NCBI GenBank assembly: GCA_041641305.1
Contig: JBEPYN010000003.1
Coordinates: 34,518 to 98,517, forward strand
Length of the DNA stretch: 64,000 nt
Direction of reading: 5' to 3'
Source of the DNA: Nitrososphaerota archaeon
Lineage (GTDB): Archaea > Thermoproteota > Nitrososphaeria_A > Caldarchaeales > Caldarchaeaceae
Part shown: positions 17,976 to 26,966 of the stretch, in pieces
Layout: each line of letters begins with the position of its first letter
Numbering within the stretch: the first letter of the stretch is position 1
Program-made: the position numbers and the translations under genes
The notes under the pieces: model-generated
The model's database searches: none
Seen by the model: the letters and a program-made list of their open reading frames with translations, nothing else
Told to the model about the DNA's origin: nothing

Positions 17976-18884
17976 TTGCTCAAAACGGTCGCGAAAATCT
18001 TCTCGTCTTTCATCGACACCGTTAAAACTGCGAAGCCTTCGTCCAAGGAGGTTGAGAATGTCTTGTCAGATTTTTACCTACAGCTTGTTGCGGCTGATGT
18101 GGCTGTGGAGACTGCCGACGCTATTGTGAATAGCCTGAGGCATAGTTTATTGGAGATGGATGTTCCACGGTTTGGGGATAGGGAAACTGTGTTGAAGGAG
18201 GCTTTGAAAAAGTCGGTCACGTCTCTTATCAAGGTCGCTGATGTCGACCTTGTTCTGAAACGTGTTGACGAGGCTAGGAAACAGGGTAGGCCTACGGTTA
18301 TTCTTTTCGTGGGCCCCAACGGCTCAGGTAAAACCACCACGGTTGTGAAAATCGCCCACTATCTGAGGAAGAGAGGGTACTCGGTGATTCTTGCTTCGGC
18401 AGACACCTTCAGAGCTGGTGCCATCGAGCAGCTGGAGACTCTCGGGCAGCGGGCTGGTTTCATGGTTGTTAGCCAGGGCTATGGCGCAGACCCAGCGGCG
18501 GTCGCGGTTGATGCTTTGAACAAAGCCCTGAACATGCGTGTCAACGTGGTTTTAATCGATACAGCAGGGAGAACGGAGGTGGACCGTGGACTGCTCGAGG
18601 AGATGCGGAAGCTTAAACGGGTTGTTAAACCAGATTTCGTCATCTACACGGGTGATGCTTTGGCCGGAAACGCTGCTGTCCAGCAGGCGAAGATGTTTGA
18701 TGAAGTGGTTGGCATCGACTATGTTATCCTATCCAAAGTGGACGCCGACGCTAAAGGCGGTTCAGCCATATCCATTTCTCATTCGACTGGAAAACCTCTT
18801 CTCTTCCTCGGCGTGGGGCAGGAGCTCGACGACCTCGTGGACAAGCCGGCGGAAAAGCTGCTCGAGGCGCTGGGGTTCGCCTAA
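17976..18884 (+). CDS. ftsY: SRP receptor FtsY
   Basis: GPNGSGKTTT, DTFRAGAIEQL, DTAGR, SKVDADAKGG, GVGQ. Confidence 0.96.
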   Translation: MLKTVAKIFSSFIDTVKTAKPSSKEVENVLSDFYLQLVAADVAVETADAIVNSLRHSLLEMDVPRFGDRETVLKEALKKSVTSLIKVADVDLVLKRVDEARKQGRPTVILFVGPNGSGKTTTVVKIAHYLRKRGYSVILASADTFRAGAIEQLETLGQRAGFMVVSQGYGADPAAVAVDALNKALNMRVNVVLIDTAGRTEVDRGLLEEMRKLKRVVKPDFVIYTGDALAGNAAVQQAKMFDEVVGIDYVILSKVDADAKGGSAISISHSTGKPLLFLGVGQELDDLVDKPAEKLLEALGFA

Positions 18885-18917
18885 CGTTTATTTTAGAGGC
18901 CGTGGCCCTTATAGCAG

Positions 18918-19538
18918 ATGGAGACTCTGAGGAAAATACTGCGTGTGAAAGAGGGGAAAGGGCCCTCGCCGACCTTCACCGAGCCCCAGCTCGCATACAT
19001 GATTTTCCTGATAGGTTCGGAGCCTTATATCGGTCGTAAGAGGCTAAAGGAGCTTCTCCAACTGGGTGAAGGGTCTGTGAGAACCATGGTCTCGCGGCTT
19101 ATGAAGATGGGGCTCGCCATCTCTACACGTAGCGGTGTCGCGTTGACTGACAAGGGGAGAGATGTTTACGAGAAGTTGAGGAAACGCGTCTCTCCTTTGA
19201 GGAAAGTCTTCTTCAAGATGCCGTGGGACGCTCCTGCGAACTATGGCGTCGTTGTGAAGGGCTTGGCTGATAGAATTTCCACGGGTGTTGAAGAGAGGGA
19301 TGAGGCGGTGCGTCACGGTGCCTCTGCGGCTATGGTTTTGACCTTTCTCAGCGACGGTGTTCACATGCCACGTGTTAGCAATCTGAGCGTAGAGAGGCCC
19401 GAGTTCGCTGAACAGGTGAAGTCGTTTTTCAAACCAGATGTTGGAGACGTGATAATTATAGCTGGTGCAGAGGATGAGCCCAAGGCCATGTACTCGGCCC
19501 TTGCAGCAGCTCTGAAAATCCTGCTCGGAAAAAGATAA
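18918..19538 (+). CDS. Winged-HTH protein, DUF4443-like
   Basis: IGRKRLKELLQLGEGSVRTMVSRL HTH, and ERDEAVRHGA in the C-terminal domain. Confidence 0.7.
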   Translation: METLRKILRVKEGKGPSPTFTEPQLAYMIFLIGSEPYIGRKRLKELLQLGEGSVRTMVSRLMKMGLAISTRSGVALTDKGRDVYEKLRKRVSPLRKVFFKMPWDAPANYGVVVKGLADRISTGVEERDEAVRHGASAAMVLTFLSDGVHMPRVSNLSVERPEFAEQVKSFFKPDVGDVIIIAGAEDEPKAMYSALAAALKILLGKR

Positions 19539-19562
19539 AAACCCAGCCATTCTACGTCCCTT

Positions 19563-20861
19563 ATGACCAGAAGCTCAAGGATATCCGGTTTCTATACACT
19601 TAAGCCAGAGGATAGGCTTGAGGTTGTAGCCGAATTTGCCTCCCTCACCGAGGAGGAGAAGAAGCTGATTTCCTCATGCGGCCTCGACATCGCGACCGCG
19701 AGCAGAATGATTGAAAATGTGGTCGGTGTCTTCCCTTTACCCCTCGGTATAGCAGCCAACTTTCTCATCAACGGCCGAGATTATCTTGTTCCGATGGCTA
19801 TTGAGGAGCCGTCTGTCGTGGCTGCTGCATCCAACGCGGCGAAAATGGCCCGCGAAGGCGGGGGGATTTTCTCTTTTCAGCCCAGCCAGCTCATGATTGG
19901 TCAGGTGCAGCTCGTCGAGGTTAGTAACCCGTATTTGGCTAAGATGGAGATTTTGAGGAATAGGGATGAGATTCTTGCACGTGCGAATGAGTGTGACCCC
20001 GTTTTGGTTAACTTGGGGGGAGGGGCAAAAGATGTGGAGGCGCGCGTTCTCGATACATCTTTGGGCCCGATGGTGGTTGTGCATCTTATCGTGGATGTCA
20101 AAGACGCTATGGGAGCTAACGCCGTAAACACCATGGCAGAAAATGTTGCACCTTTCCTCGCACGTCTATCGGGAGGCAAATTCCGCCTCCGCATAATCTC
20201 CAACCTCGCAGACAAACGTATCGCACGAGCTTACACAAAGATCCCCGCTGGAGCAGTTGGAGGCGTCGAGGTGGCCCACGGAATAGTGGAGGCCTATCAT
20301 TTCGCCAAAGCCGACCCCTATAGAGCCGCCACACACAACAAAGGCATCATGAACGGCATAGACGCGGTGGCTATTGCCACGGGAAATGACTGGAGAGCCA
20401 TCGAAGCGGGGGCCCATGCTTACGCGGCGAGAAACGGGCGATACGAACCGTTGACAGTTTGGGAGCAGACACCAGACGGAGACCTATATGGCGCCATCGA
20501 GCTACCTCTCGCGGTAGGCATAGTGGGTGGAGCAGTAAGGACAAACCCCGTGGCTAAGACGTGTCTCAAAATTCTAGGCATCAAGTCGGCTCGCGAGCTT
20601 GCGGAGGTTATGGCGGCTGTCGGGCTTGTTCAGAACCTCGCGGCCCTTAGGGCGCTGGCGGCTGAGGGCATACAGGCAGGTCACATGAGCCTTCACGCCA
20701 AAAACATCGCCGTCATGGCGGGCGCGGTCGGTGAGGAAATAGACCTCGTAGCAGAGGAGATGGTTCGCCAGAAAACCATACGTGTCGACAAGGCTGAGGA
20801 AATTTTAGCTGAGCTTAGGAGCCGTCGCGGCCAAGTGCCCTCCGCCACTCCTCGGCGTTAA
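19563..20861 (+). CDS. mvaA: HMG-CoA reductase, class II
   Basis: MIENVVG, PMAIEEPSVVAAAS, DAMGANAVNT, RAATHNKGIMNG, EGIQAGHMSLH. Confidence 0.95.
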   Translation: MTRSSRISGFYTLKPEDRLEVVAEFASLTEEEKKLISSCGLDIATASRMIENVVGVFPLPLGIAANFLINGRDYLVPMAIEEPSVVAAASNAAKMAREGGGIFSFQPSQLMIGQVQLVEVSNPYLAKMEILRNRDEILARANECDPVLVNLGGGAKDVEARVLDTSLGPMVVVHLIVDVKDAMGANAVNTMAENVAPFLARLSGGKFRLRIISNLADKRIARAYTKIPAGAVGGVEVAHGIVEAYHFAKADPYRAATHNKGIMNGIDAVAIATGNDWRAIEAGAHAYAARNGRYEPLTVWEQTPDGDLYGAIELPLAVGIVGGAVRTNPVAKTCLKILGIKSARELAEVMAAVGLVQNLAALRALAAEGIQAGHMSLHAKNIAVMAGAVGEEIDLVAEEMVRQKTIRVDKAEEILAELRSRRGQVPSATPRR

Positions 20862-21156
20862 ATCTCTTCTCCATCTTCTCCATCTCCTTCTCAAGAGCTT
20901 TTTCGAGGTCTACGCCAAACCTGTTAGCCAACTGGACAAACAGGGTTAGAGACTGTGCGAACTCGCTGTCGATGTCTTCTCCCGGCGTGGAATGGCCCAG
21001 CCCACTCCGCTTATAGCCCTCCTTCTCCAGAATAAACCGGCCAATCTCGGTTATCTCCTCGATGAGGTGGGCGTAGATAAGAGATTCTCTGAAACAGTCC
21101 CAGCCCCGCGCCCTCTCAAACTCCTCAACTTTTTTCTGAAGCTCGGCAAGCCTCAT
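20815..21156 (-). CDS. MazG-like nucleotide pyrophosphohydrolase
   Basis: RGW...LIEEITEIG...EFAQ...LANRFGVDLEKALEKEMEK. Confidence 0.8.
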   Translation of the reverse strand: MRLAELQKKVEEFERARGWDCFRESLIYAHLIEEITEIGRFILEKEGYKRSGLGHSTPGEDIDSEFAQSLTLFVQLANRFGVDLEKALEKEMEKMEKRFNAEEWRRALGRDGS

Positions 21157-21165
21157 ACCACAACC

Positions 21166-21453
21166 CTATAGAAAGAGCTGTATATGAGGTACGCCGTCGA
21201 CGTAAATAACTGATTTTTCTGTTGCGTATCCGAACTTGACCGCGGCCTTGACCGCGTTCTCGCCCAGCAGGTTGATAATGGTGCCCATTTTGAAGTAATC
21301 TTCGAGGTCGGTGTCCACAACCAAGACACCTTTGTAAAAAGATTCCTGCACCTCCACGGATACACCTGTCGAGAGCCGCAGCCTTTTACCCAAGAGCGTC
21401 TCATCACATATGGCTATTACCACTTCACCTGTTTTGGAGCGATGTGTCTTCAC
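21166..21453 (-). CDS. DUF424 family protein
   Basis: EVVIAICDETLLGK, SFYKG, IINLLGENAV, VDGVPHIQ. The true start may lie slightly upstream. Confidence 0.85.
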   Translation of the reverse strand: MKTHRSKTGEVVIAICDETLLGKRLRLSTGVSVEVQESFYKGVLVVDTDLEDYFKMGTIINLLGENAVKAAVKFGYATEKSVIYVDGVPHIQLFL

Positions 21454-21541
21454 CCAGCATCGTCTGCCTTCAGCGGCGTTTGTGGACAGGTTCCCTCACT
21501 GATTAACAGTCGGATGATCACTATATAGCCGTTGTGGCACG

Positions 21542-21976
21542 CTATACTCTTCTTACGGGGCTTTTGGCTCCGCAGGCATCGCAGACGAGGAACCTGAACC
21601 TCTTCTCGCTCACTATGCGAGTGTCTATGCCGTTGCAGACTGGGCAGCGGACAAATTCTTTGATGTAGAGGTTGATGAGTCGCTTGGCCTCTTCATGCGT
21701 AATCTTCCCCTGTATCACAAGCTTGTCATCCGACACGGCGCCTGCACGGCCAGTCTCTTTGAGCAGAAACCTCGCCAAATGGGCGGGCTCTCTGTTAAGC
21801 ATCTTCGCCACCTGCCCGAGATTGGTGAAATACGTGTTCTTGGCATCTATGACTAGGTTGGGGGTTATATCGAGCACTCTGTCGCCGGCCGCGGCCGATG
21901 AGTCTCTCGTAACACGTGAGAGAACGTTTTCGAGGAGCATTTCGTAGAATTCTTTGCTTCTCAGGTCGAGGGCCAT
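21542..21976 (-). CDS. eif2b: Translation initiation factor aIF-2 beta
   Basis: LNREPAHLARFLLKETG, FVRCPVCNGIDT, LVCDACGA zinc ribbon. Confidence 0.93.
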   Translation of the reverse strand: MALDLRSKEFYEMLLENVLSRVTRDSSAAAGDRVLDITPNLVIDAKNTYFTNLGQVAKMLNREPAHLARFLLKETGRAGAVSDDKLVIQGKITHEEAKRLINLYIKEFVRCPVCNGIDTRIVSEKRFRFLVCDACGAKSPVRRV

Positions 21977-22041
21977 ACCGGTTACTTTGGCGGTTTGCAG
22001 TTAAAAAGGATTAAAACCTGGTTCTCTGCTCTTGTTCAGGT

Positions 22042-23349
22042 TTGACTGAGCCTTTTCATGTGAAAGATTTGTCACTGGCTGAGACGGGGGCCAAACAAAT
22101 AATGCTAGCGGAATCGATGATGCCTGTCCTCGCAGTGTTGAGGAGAAGGTACGCAGATGAAAAGCCCTTTGAGGGATTCAGGGTATCGATGTGTCTACAT
22201 GTGACTAAGGAGACAGCGGTTCTTTGCCGTGTTCTTCGAGAGGGAGGTGCAAAAGTTGCCTTGTGCGCCTCGAACCCTCTAAGCACGCAGGATGATGTCG
22301 CCGCCGCGCTGGCTGTGGAAGGCTTCAACGTCTATGCTTTCAGAGGGATGTCGCCACAGGAATACTACCGAGCGATTGGAAACGCTCTGTCACATGGGCC
22401 TCAACTGCTGGTTGACGACGGAGCAGACCTCATCACATCCTTGCACAGACTCATGCACGGGATGGAGGATGAAAATTTGGAGGAGGTGAGAAAGGGGTTG
22501 GATGGAGCGGGTGTTCCCCGTGTTTTGGGTGCGACTGAGGAAACGACAACGGGTGTCACGAGGCTGAGGGCCCTTGATGAAGACGGGTTGCTCGCCTTCC
22601 CCATCATCGCTGTAAACGACGCATTATCCAAGAGTCTCTTCGACAACCCGCTGGGAACGGGGCAGTCAGCCCTCGACGGGGTTTTGAGGGCCACGAACCT
22701 TCTGCTCGCCGGTAAAACAGTCGTCGTCGCTGGATTTGGGAGGGTCGGCTCCGGTATCGCTGAGAGAGCGAGAGGGATGGGGGCACGGGTTGTGGTCGTT
22801 GAACCTGACCCGATAAAAGCGCTTCAAGCATACATGAACGGCTTCACAGTTACATCCATGTCAAAAGCATCAGAGATAGGCGATGTCTTCATCACGGCAA
22901 CAGGCAACATAGACGTGATCAGGGCCGAGCACTTCGAGAAAATGAAGGATGGCGCATTCCTCGCCAACGCAGGCCACATGGATGTGGAGATAAACAAACA
23001 AGATCTTCAACAGCTCGCTGTCTCCGTCGAAACTATCCGCGAAAACGTTAAGCTTTACCGGCTGAGAAACGGCCGCAAACTCTTCCTACTAGCTGAAGGA
23101 AGACTCGTGAACCTCGTCTGCGCAGAAGGCCACCCCTCGGAGGTCATGGACCTCTCCTTCTCACTACAGGCAGAATCTCTCCGCTACCTCATACAAAACG
23201 CTGAAAAACTCGGAAAACATGTCTACGCCGTCCCACGCGAAATAGACGAGGCGGTTGCGTCGCTAAAGCTCAGCGCTTTCGGCGTAGAGCTGGAGAAGCT
23301 CACTACACGGCAGCTTGAATACATGAGGAGCTGGATAGCTGGAACTTGA
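22042..23349 (+). CDS. ahcY: Adenosylhomocysteinase
   Basis: SNPLSTQDDVAAAL, EETTTGV, KSLFDN, GRLVNLVCAEGHPSEVMDLSF. Confidence 0.97.
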   Translation: MTEPFHVKDLSLAETGAKQIMLAESMMPVLAVLRRRYADEKPFEGFRVSMCLHVTKETAVLCRVLREGGAKVALCASNPLSTQDDVAAALAVEGFNVYAFRGMSPQEYYRAIGNALSHGPQLLVDDGADLITSLHRLMHGMEDENLEEVRKGLDGAGVPRVLGATEETTTGVTRLRALDEDGLLAFPIIAVNDALSKSLFDNPLGTGQSALDGVLRATNLLLAGKTVVVAGFGRVGSGIAERARGMGARVVVVEPDPIKALQAYMNGFTVTSMSKASEIGDVFITATGNIDVIRAEHFEKMKDGAFLANAGHMDVEINKQDLQQLAVSVETIRENVKLYRLRNGRKLFLLAEGRLVNLVCAEGHPSEVMDLSFSLQAESLRYLIQNAEKLGKHVYAVPREIDEAVASLKLSAFGVELEKLTTRQLEYMRSWIAGT

Positions 23350-23795
23350 GAAGAATCGGCCCACAAATCTATTTCCTCGAGCTTAAAACCGCTGGAGATG
23401 GTTTAGATGCTGTTCTACGTGAGTTAAGGCTTGTTGGTGAATCGGGTGGGGAACGTGTTTTCCGCGGCGACGAGAAAACAATTCTCCGCAGTTTCCTGAA
23501 ATTCTGCAAGGATGTGGACATCCTCGTCACATGGGGCGGAGAATCATTTGCACTCCCTCTCTTAACAGCAAAAATCATCAAAAAGAAGCTTGACCCCGCC
23601 CCATTATATGAAACATATCATCTTGACCTGAAAACATTCTTTGAAAAAATTTTCTCCACCAGCGTATCGGATGTTTCGCAGGCAGCCTCTATTCTCGGGC
23701 TGAGGAAAAGAAAAGGGACGATGGAAAACATGAGAGCTGTTTTCATCGCTTTGCGTAGTGTTCTCCGTGTTACGAGGCCGGAGCTCGCTCTTTAG
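23346..23795 (+). CDS. Degenerate RNase H-like (YprB/DnaQ-type) domain protein
   Basis: FLELKTAG, DEKTILRSF, LVTWGGESFALPLL, HLDLK. The acidic catalytic residues appear altered. Confidence 0.6.
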   Translation: MRRIGPQIYFLELKTAGDGLDAVLRELRLVGESGGERVFRGDEKTILRSFLKFCKDVDILVTWGGESFALPLLTAKIIKKKLDPAPLYETYHLDLKTFFEKIFSTSVSDVSQAASILGLRKRKGTMENMRAVFIALRSVLRVTRPELAL

Positions 23796-24313
23796 TACCA
23801 TTTGTTTTTTAGTCCTATGAGGTAGGCAAAGCTGTTTGTGGCTATGTGCATGAAGATTGTGAAGAGAAAGAGGGATGCGAGGGTTGCGTTATCCATCCAA
23901 GGTGGCAGTCCGTGGAAAAGATGTATTAGCAAAAGGGCTGAGGCGAGGAAACTTAGCTGGTCAAGCACGGGCGCGGGGCTACCTGTCTTCAGCCCCATAC
24001 GCCTCTTAACAAAAGCACCGCCCACATCTCCCAGCAAAGCCCCCAGAGAAAGTAGAAAAACCTCTAACAAGCCGAACAACCAACTCCAGAGAAACCTCAT
24101 GACAAACCCAACCAGAAAACCGGCCAAAACACCTACAACAAATCCCTCAATGGTTTTACCATCACCAAAAATCCTACGACCATCGATAAACACGCGCCCA
24201 CAGTCGATGGGCCTCGTTTTCCTCAAAACTTTCGTGGCAACAACCGGCGAAGCGTTAGCCACGTATGCGGGAAAAATGTATGCAAGCCCCATCAAGAAAC
24301 TCGTCGCATCCAT
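23792..24313 (-). CDS. carS: CDP-archaeol synthase
   Basis: PAYVANASPV, PIDCG...RIFGDGKTIEG, GDVGGAFVKRRMG, PVLDQL, TNSFAYLIGLK. Start set at ATG 24313. Confidence 0.93.
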   Translation of the reverse strand: MDATSFLMGLAYIFPAYVANASPVVATKVLRKTRPIDCGRVFIDGRRIFGDGKTIEGFVVGVLAGFLVGFVMRFLWSWLFGLLEVFLLSLGALLGDVGGAFVKRRMGLKTGSPAPVLDQLSFLASALLLIHLFHGLPPWMDNATLASLFLFTIFMHIATNSFAYLIGLKNKWY

Positions 24314-24404
24314 CAACGTCAAAAACCAGCGGCTTAAATTAAAGTTCATCAATTGTTTTTCCAAGAGCGTTATATACAGGAGGGCCTAATCTGCTTTAGC
24401 CAAT

Positions 24405-25817
24405 ATGGTTGAACTCAGTCTCTACAGCTACGGGCCACGAACCTCGGTTAGTTTCGACTGTAGAATCATCGATGTCGACCCAGACATTTTCATAGCTGTC
24501 GAGGGGGTTGGGACATTTGAGGGAGTTTCCGTCGAGAGGAAGATTCAGAGCCTCCTCTCGGCTGGCAAAGACCCTGCCAAGACGGCTGCCAAAGTCCACA
24601 GAGAATCTACTCAGAGAGGCCATGCCTCAATCACAACCAGTCTCTCGCTTCAGCTTGAAGTGCGTGAATGTAGCCGCGCCCTCTCCATGCTGCTAGTCGC
24701 ACCACCCTTCGGCTCATATCTGCAAGAATCACAGAGAAGAGCAATCGTAACACATTCATCAATCATAACACCACGGTTCACATCAGAACATCACAGGAGA
24801 TTGTTCGAGGAAACGGCACACCGCCTCGTCGACGGCTACAAACAGCTCACCGAAAACGGAGTAACACTCGAGGACGCGCGCTACATCCTACCAATATGCA
24901 CCAAAACATCGCTCTACATCAGCTGCACCCTCGAAACCTATGTAGCTTTTCTCCAGCTCGGCGATGAAGGGCTTAGACAATATTTGCCCCAAGAGGTTCA
25001 CGAGTTTGCTGAAAAATTCCATTCTCTGGCGAAAAATGTCGCCCCGATAATGGTTGAAGCACGTCTCACGGTTAAACATCGGTTAGTAACCTACCCCTAT
25101 CCTAACCCATTCAAACCATCTGACCCGTTTTTCACGAAACTTCTTGAAGGGAGAGAACCTGATGAACCTTCGCTCCTCTCTCTGCAGAATCTCCTGACCG
25201 ACAAGCTGCCTCAGGATGTTTTTGCTTCACGTTTGAAAGAAGTGGCTGACACAGTTAACCCGTTAATCAACGCCGTCACACTCGAGCCCCTCTCCCTCGT
25301 CGCATATCACCAAGCCATCAGACACCGCACCGTGCCAACAGCAGTCGAGTCAATATACACAGCAGCCGAAAGAGCTCTCAAGAACCATGAGAAAAACATC
25401 ATAATCCCGCCCGATGTCAAAACAAATCCACGAAACATGAAGCTTTTCGCAGAGCTATGCGGGGAGGCTCTCGAATGCTACGATAGGCTTGTCAGGGACA
25501 GCTGCAGATTAGGCGACGCCGTCCTTATTCTTCCACAGGCTCTGAGGCTCTATGCCGTGAGAGCGTATAATGGATTCAATTTGCTGTATCCCTCCGGGTT
25601 CGTGGCAACGCGAACATGCAGCTACGCACAGTGGGAGGAACGGGGCATAGCCTACAAGATTCTCCACGAGGTTGTCAAGAAGGCTCCCGTGCTTGAGGCG
25701 ATTATAGGTGAGAAGTGTCGACAGCTGGGTTACTGTCCTGAAAAGATGTGGTGTCCGATAATCCTAAAGTATCACAAATACTCTGATGAACTGCATCAGA
25801 GGATGCAGAGGTCTTGA
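24405..25817 (+). CDS. thyX: Tandem-domain FAD-dependent thymidylate synthase (ThyX-like)
   Basis: Domain 1: GHAS, SYLQESQR, EDARYILP. Domain 2: QAIRHR, RTCSYAQWEER. Cys-rich tail. Confidence 0.8.
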   Translation: MVELSLYSYGPRTSVSFDCRIIDVDPDIFIAVEGVGTFEGVSVERKIQSLLSAGKDPAKTAAKVHRESTQRGHASITTSLSLQLEVRECSRALSMLLVAPPFGSYLQESQRRAIVTHSSIITPRFTSEHHRRLFEETAHRLVDGYKQLTENGVTLEDARYILPICTKTSLYISCTLETYVAFLQLGDEGLRQYLPQEVHEFAEKFHSLAKNVAPIMVEARLTVKHRLVTYPYPNPFKPSDPFFTKLLEGREPDEPSLLSLQNLLTDKLPQDVFASRLKEVADTVNPLINAVTLEPLSLVAYHQAIRHRTVPTAVESIYTAAERALKNHEKNIIIPPDVKTNPRNMKLFAELCGEALECYDRLVRDSCRLGDAVLILPQALRLYAVRAYNGFNLLYPSGFVATRTCSYAQWEERGIAYKILHEVVKKAPVLEAIIGEKCRQLGYCPEKMWCPIILKYHKYSDELHQRMQRS

Positions 25818-26284
25818 GCAGAGAACGTTTGAAGAAAATTGAGATAAGCGGCCCCGGCATCAACTTCGACTACGCCCATTTTCTACCCAGCTCACCAAAG
25901 TGCAGCGTCCTACACGGCCACTCTTCAACAGTTTCCGTAACGGTAGTTGGCCGGGTGGTCGACGGCGTGGTTGTTGAGTTTGGCGAACTCAAAAAAGTGG
26001 TTAAGAAAGTCGTTGACGGGATGGACCATAAACTCATCGTATGCAGAAAATACCTTACACACTTGGAAGATGGTAAGGTCAAGGTTGCTTTCGACGGCAT
26101 AGGGGGCCATTATGAATTCATACTTCCAATCAACTCGGTCTACGTCATAGAATCCGATTCAACGGTTGAGAACATTTCCGAACATATTGCGGTGAGGCTT
26201 AGGGAGTTGCTGCCTCCGAATGTCCAGAGAATACATGTCAGGATGAGTGAGGGATTCGGAAAATACGCCACCTCGTCGATATGA
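25814..26284 (+). CDS. queD: 6-carboxytetrahydropterin synthase QueD
   Basis: AH...CSVLHGH (C-x3-HGH), DHKLI, STVENI. Confidence 0.88.
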   Translation: MSRERLKKIEISGPGINFDYAHFLPSSPKCSVLHGHSSTVSVTVVGRVVDGVVVEFGELKKVVKKVVDGMDHKLIVCRKYLTHLEDGKVKVAFDGIGGHYEFILPINSVYVIESDSTVENISEHIAVRLRELLPPNVQRIHVRMSEGFGKYATSSI

Positions 26285-26931
26285 AGGTTGTGGCGCTTGT
26301 TTCCGGCGGCCTCGACTCCACAGTTATGCTGTGGAAGCTGCGCAGCGAGGGGCATTCTATTGTGCCCTTGACTTTGCTGACTTTTCGGAGAAACCCTAGG
26401 GAGATCGAGGCGGCCAAGAAAATCTCGGTAGTTGCGAGTGGCCGCGAGCCTATTGTGTATGACGTGAGCTTTCTCCGCGAGTTGTTTGACTATCCGCAGC
26501 ACATCAAGGAGCGGGTGTTCCAACAGTTTCCCACCCTGCCCAACATCGTCATCCCCTATCGTAACATCATCTTCTACTCGGTCGCGGCGTACGTGGCTTG
26601 CCTCGAAGAGGCTGATGCAATAGCTGGTGGCCACACCCGCGAAGATGTAGAGCGCATACCCGACGTCGGAAAAGAGTTTTTCACCGAGCTGGAGAACATC
26701 CTCAACAAGTACACACCGTTTCACAGGATCAAAATTTTGACACCCGTTGCCGGTCTCATGAAAGCTGAGATAATTAGGCTAGGCATTGAACTCGGTGCCC
26801 CGCTCCAGGAAACGTGGAGCTGTTGGTCAGTTTTTGAGAAACATTGCGGCAAATGCCCCGGCTGCGTATCGAGGAGGGAGGTTTTCAAATCCGTTGGGCT
26901 CGAGGACCGGACCGAGTATCTGGAGGGATAG
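26281..26931 (+). CDS. queC: 7-cyano-7-deazaguanine synthase QueC
   Basis: SGGLDS, IPYRNIIF, TWSCW...HCGKCPGCVSR. Confidence 0.92.
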   Translation: MKVVALVSGGLDSTVMLWKLRSEGHSIVPLTLLTFRRNPREIEAAKKISVVASGREPIVYDVSFLRELFDYPQHIKERVFQQFPTLPNIVIPYRNIIFYSVAAYVACLEEADAIAGGHTREDVERIPDVGKEFFTELENILNKYTPFHRIKILTPVAGLMKAEIIRLGIELGAPLQETWSCWSVFEKHCGKCPGCVSRREVFKSVGLEDRTEYLEG

Positions 26932-26966
26932 CGTTTTTAGCTACATTTTTTAGCCATGCCTGGGGG

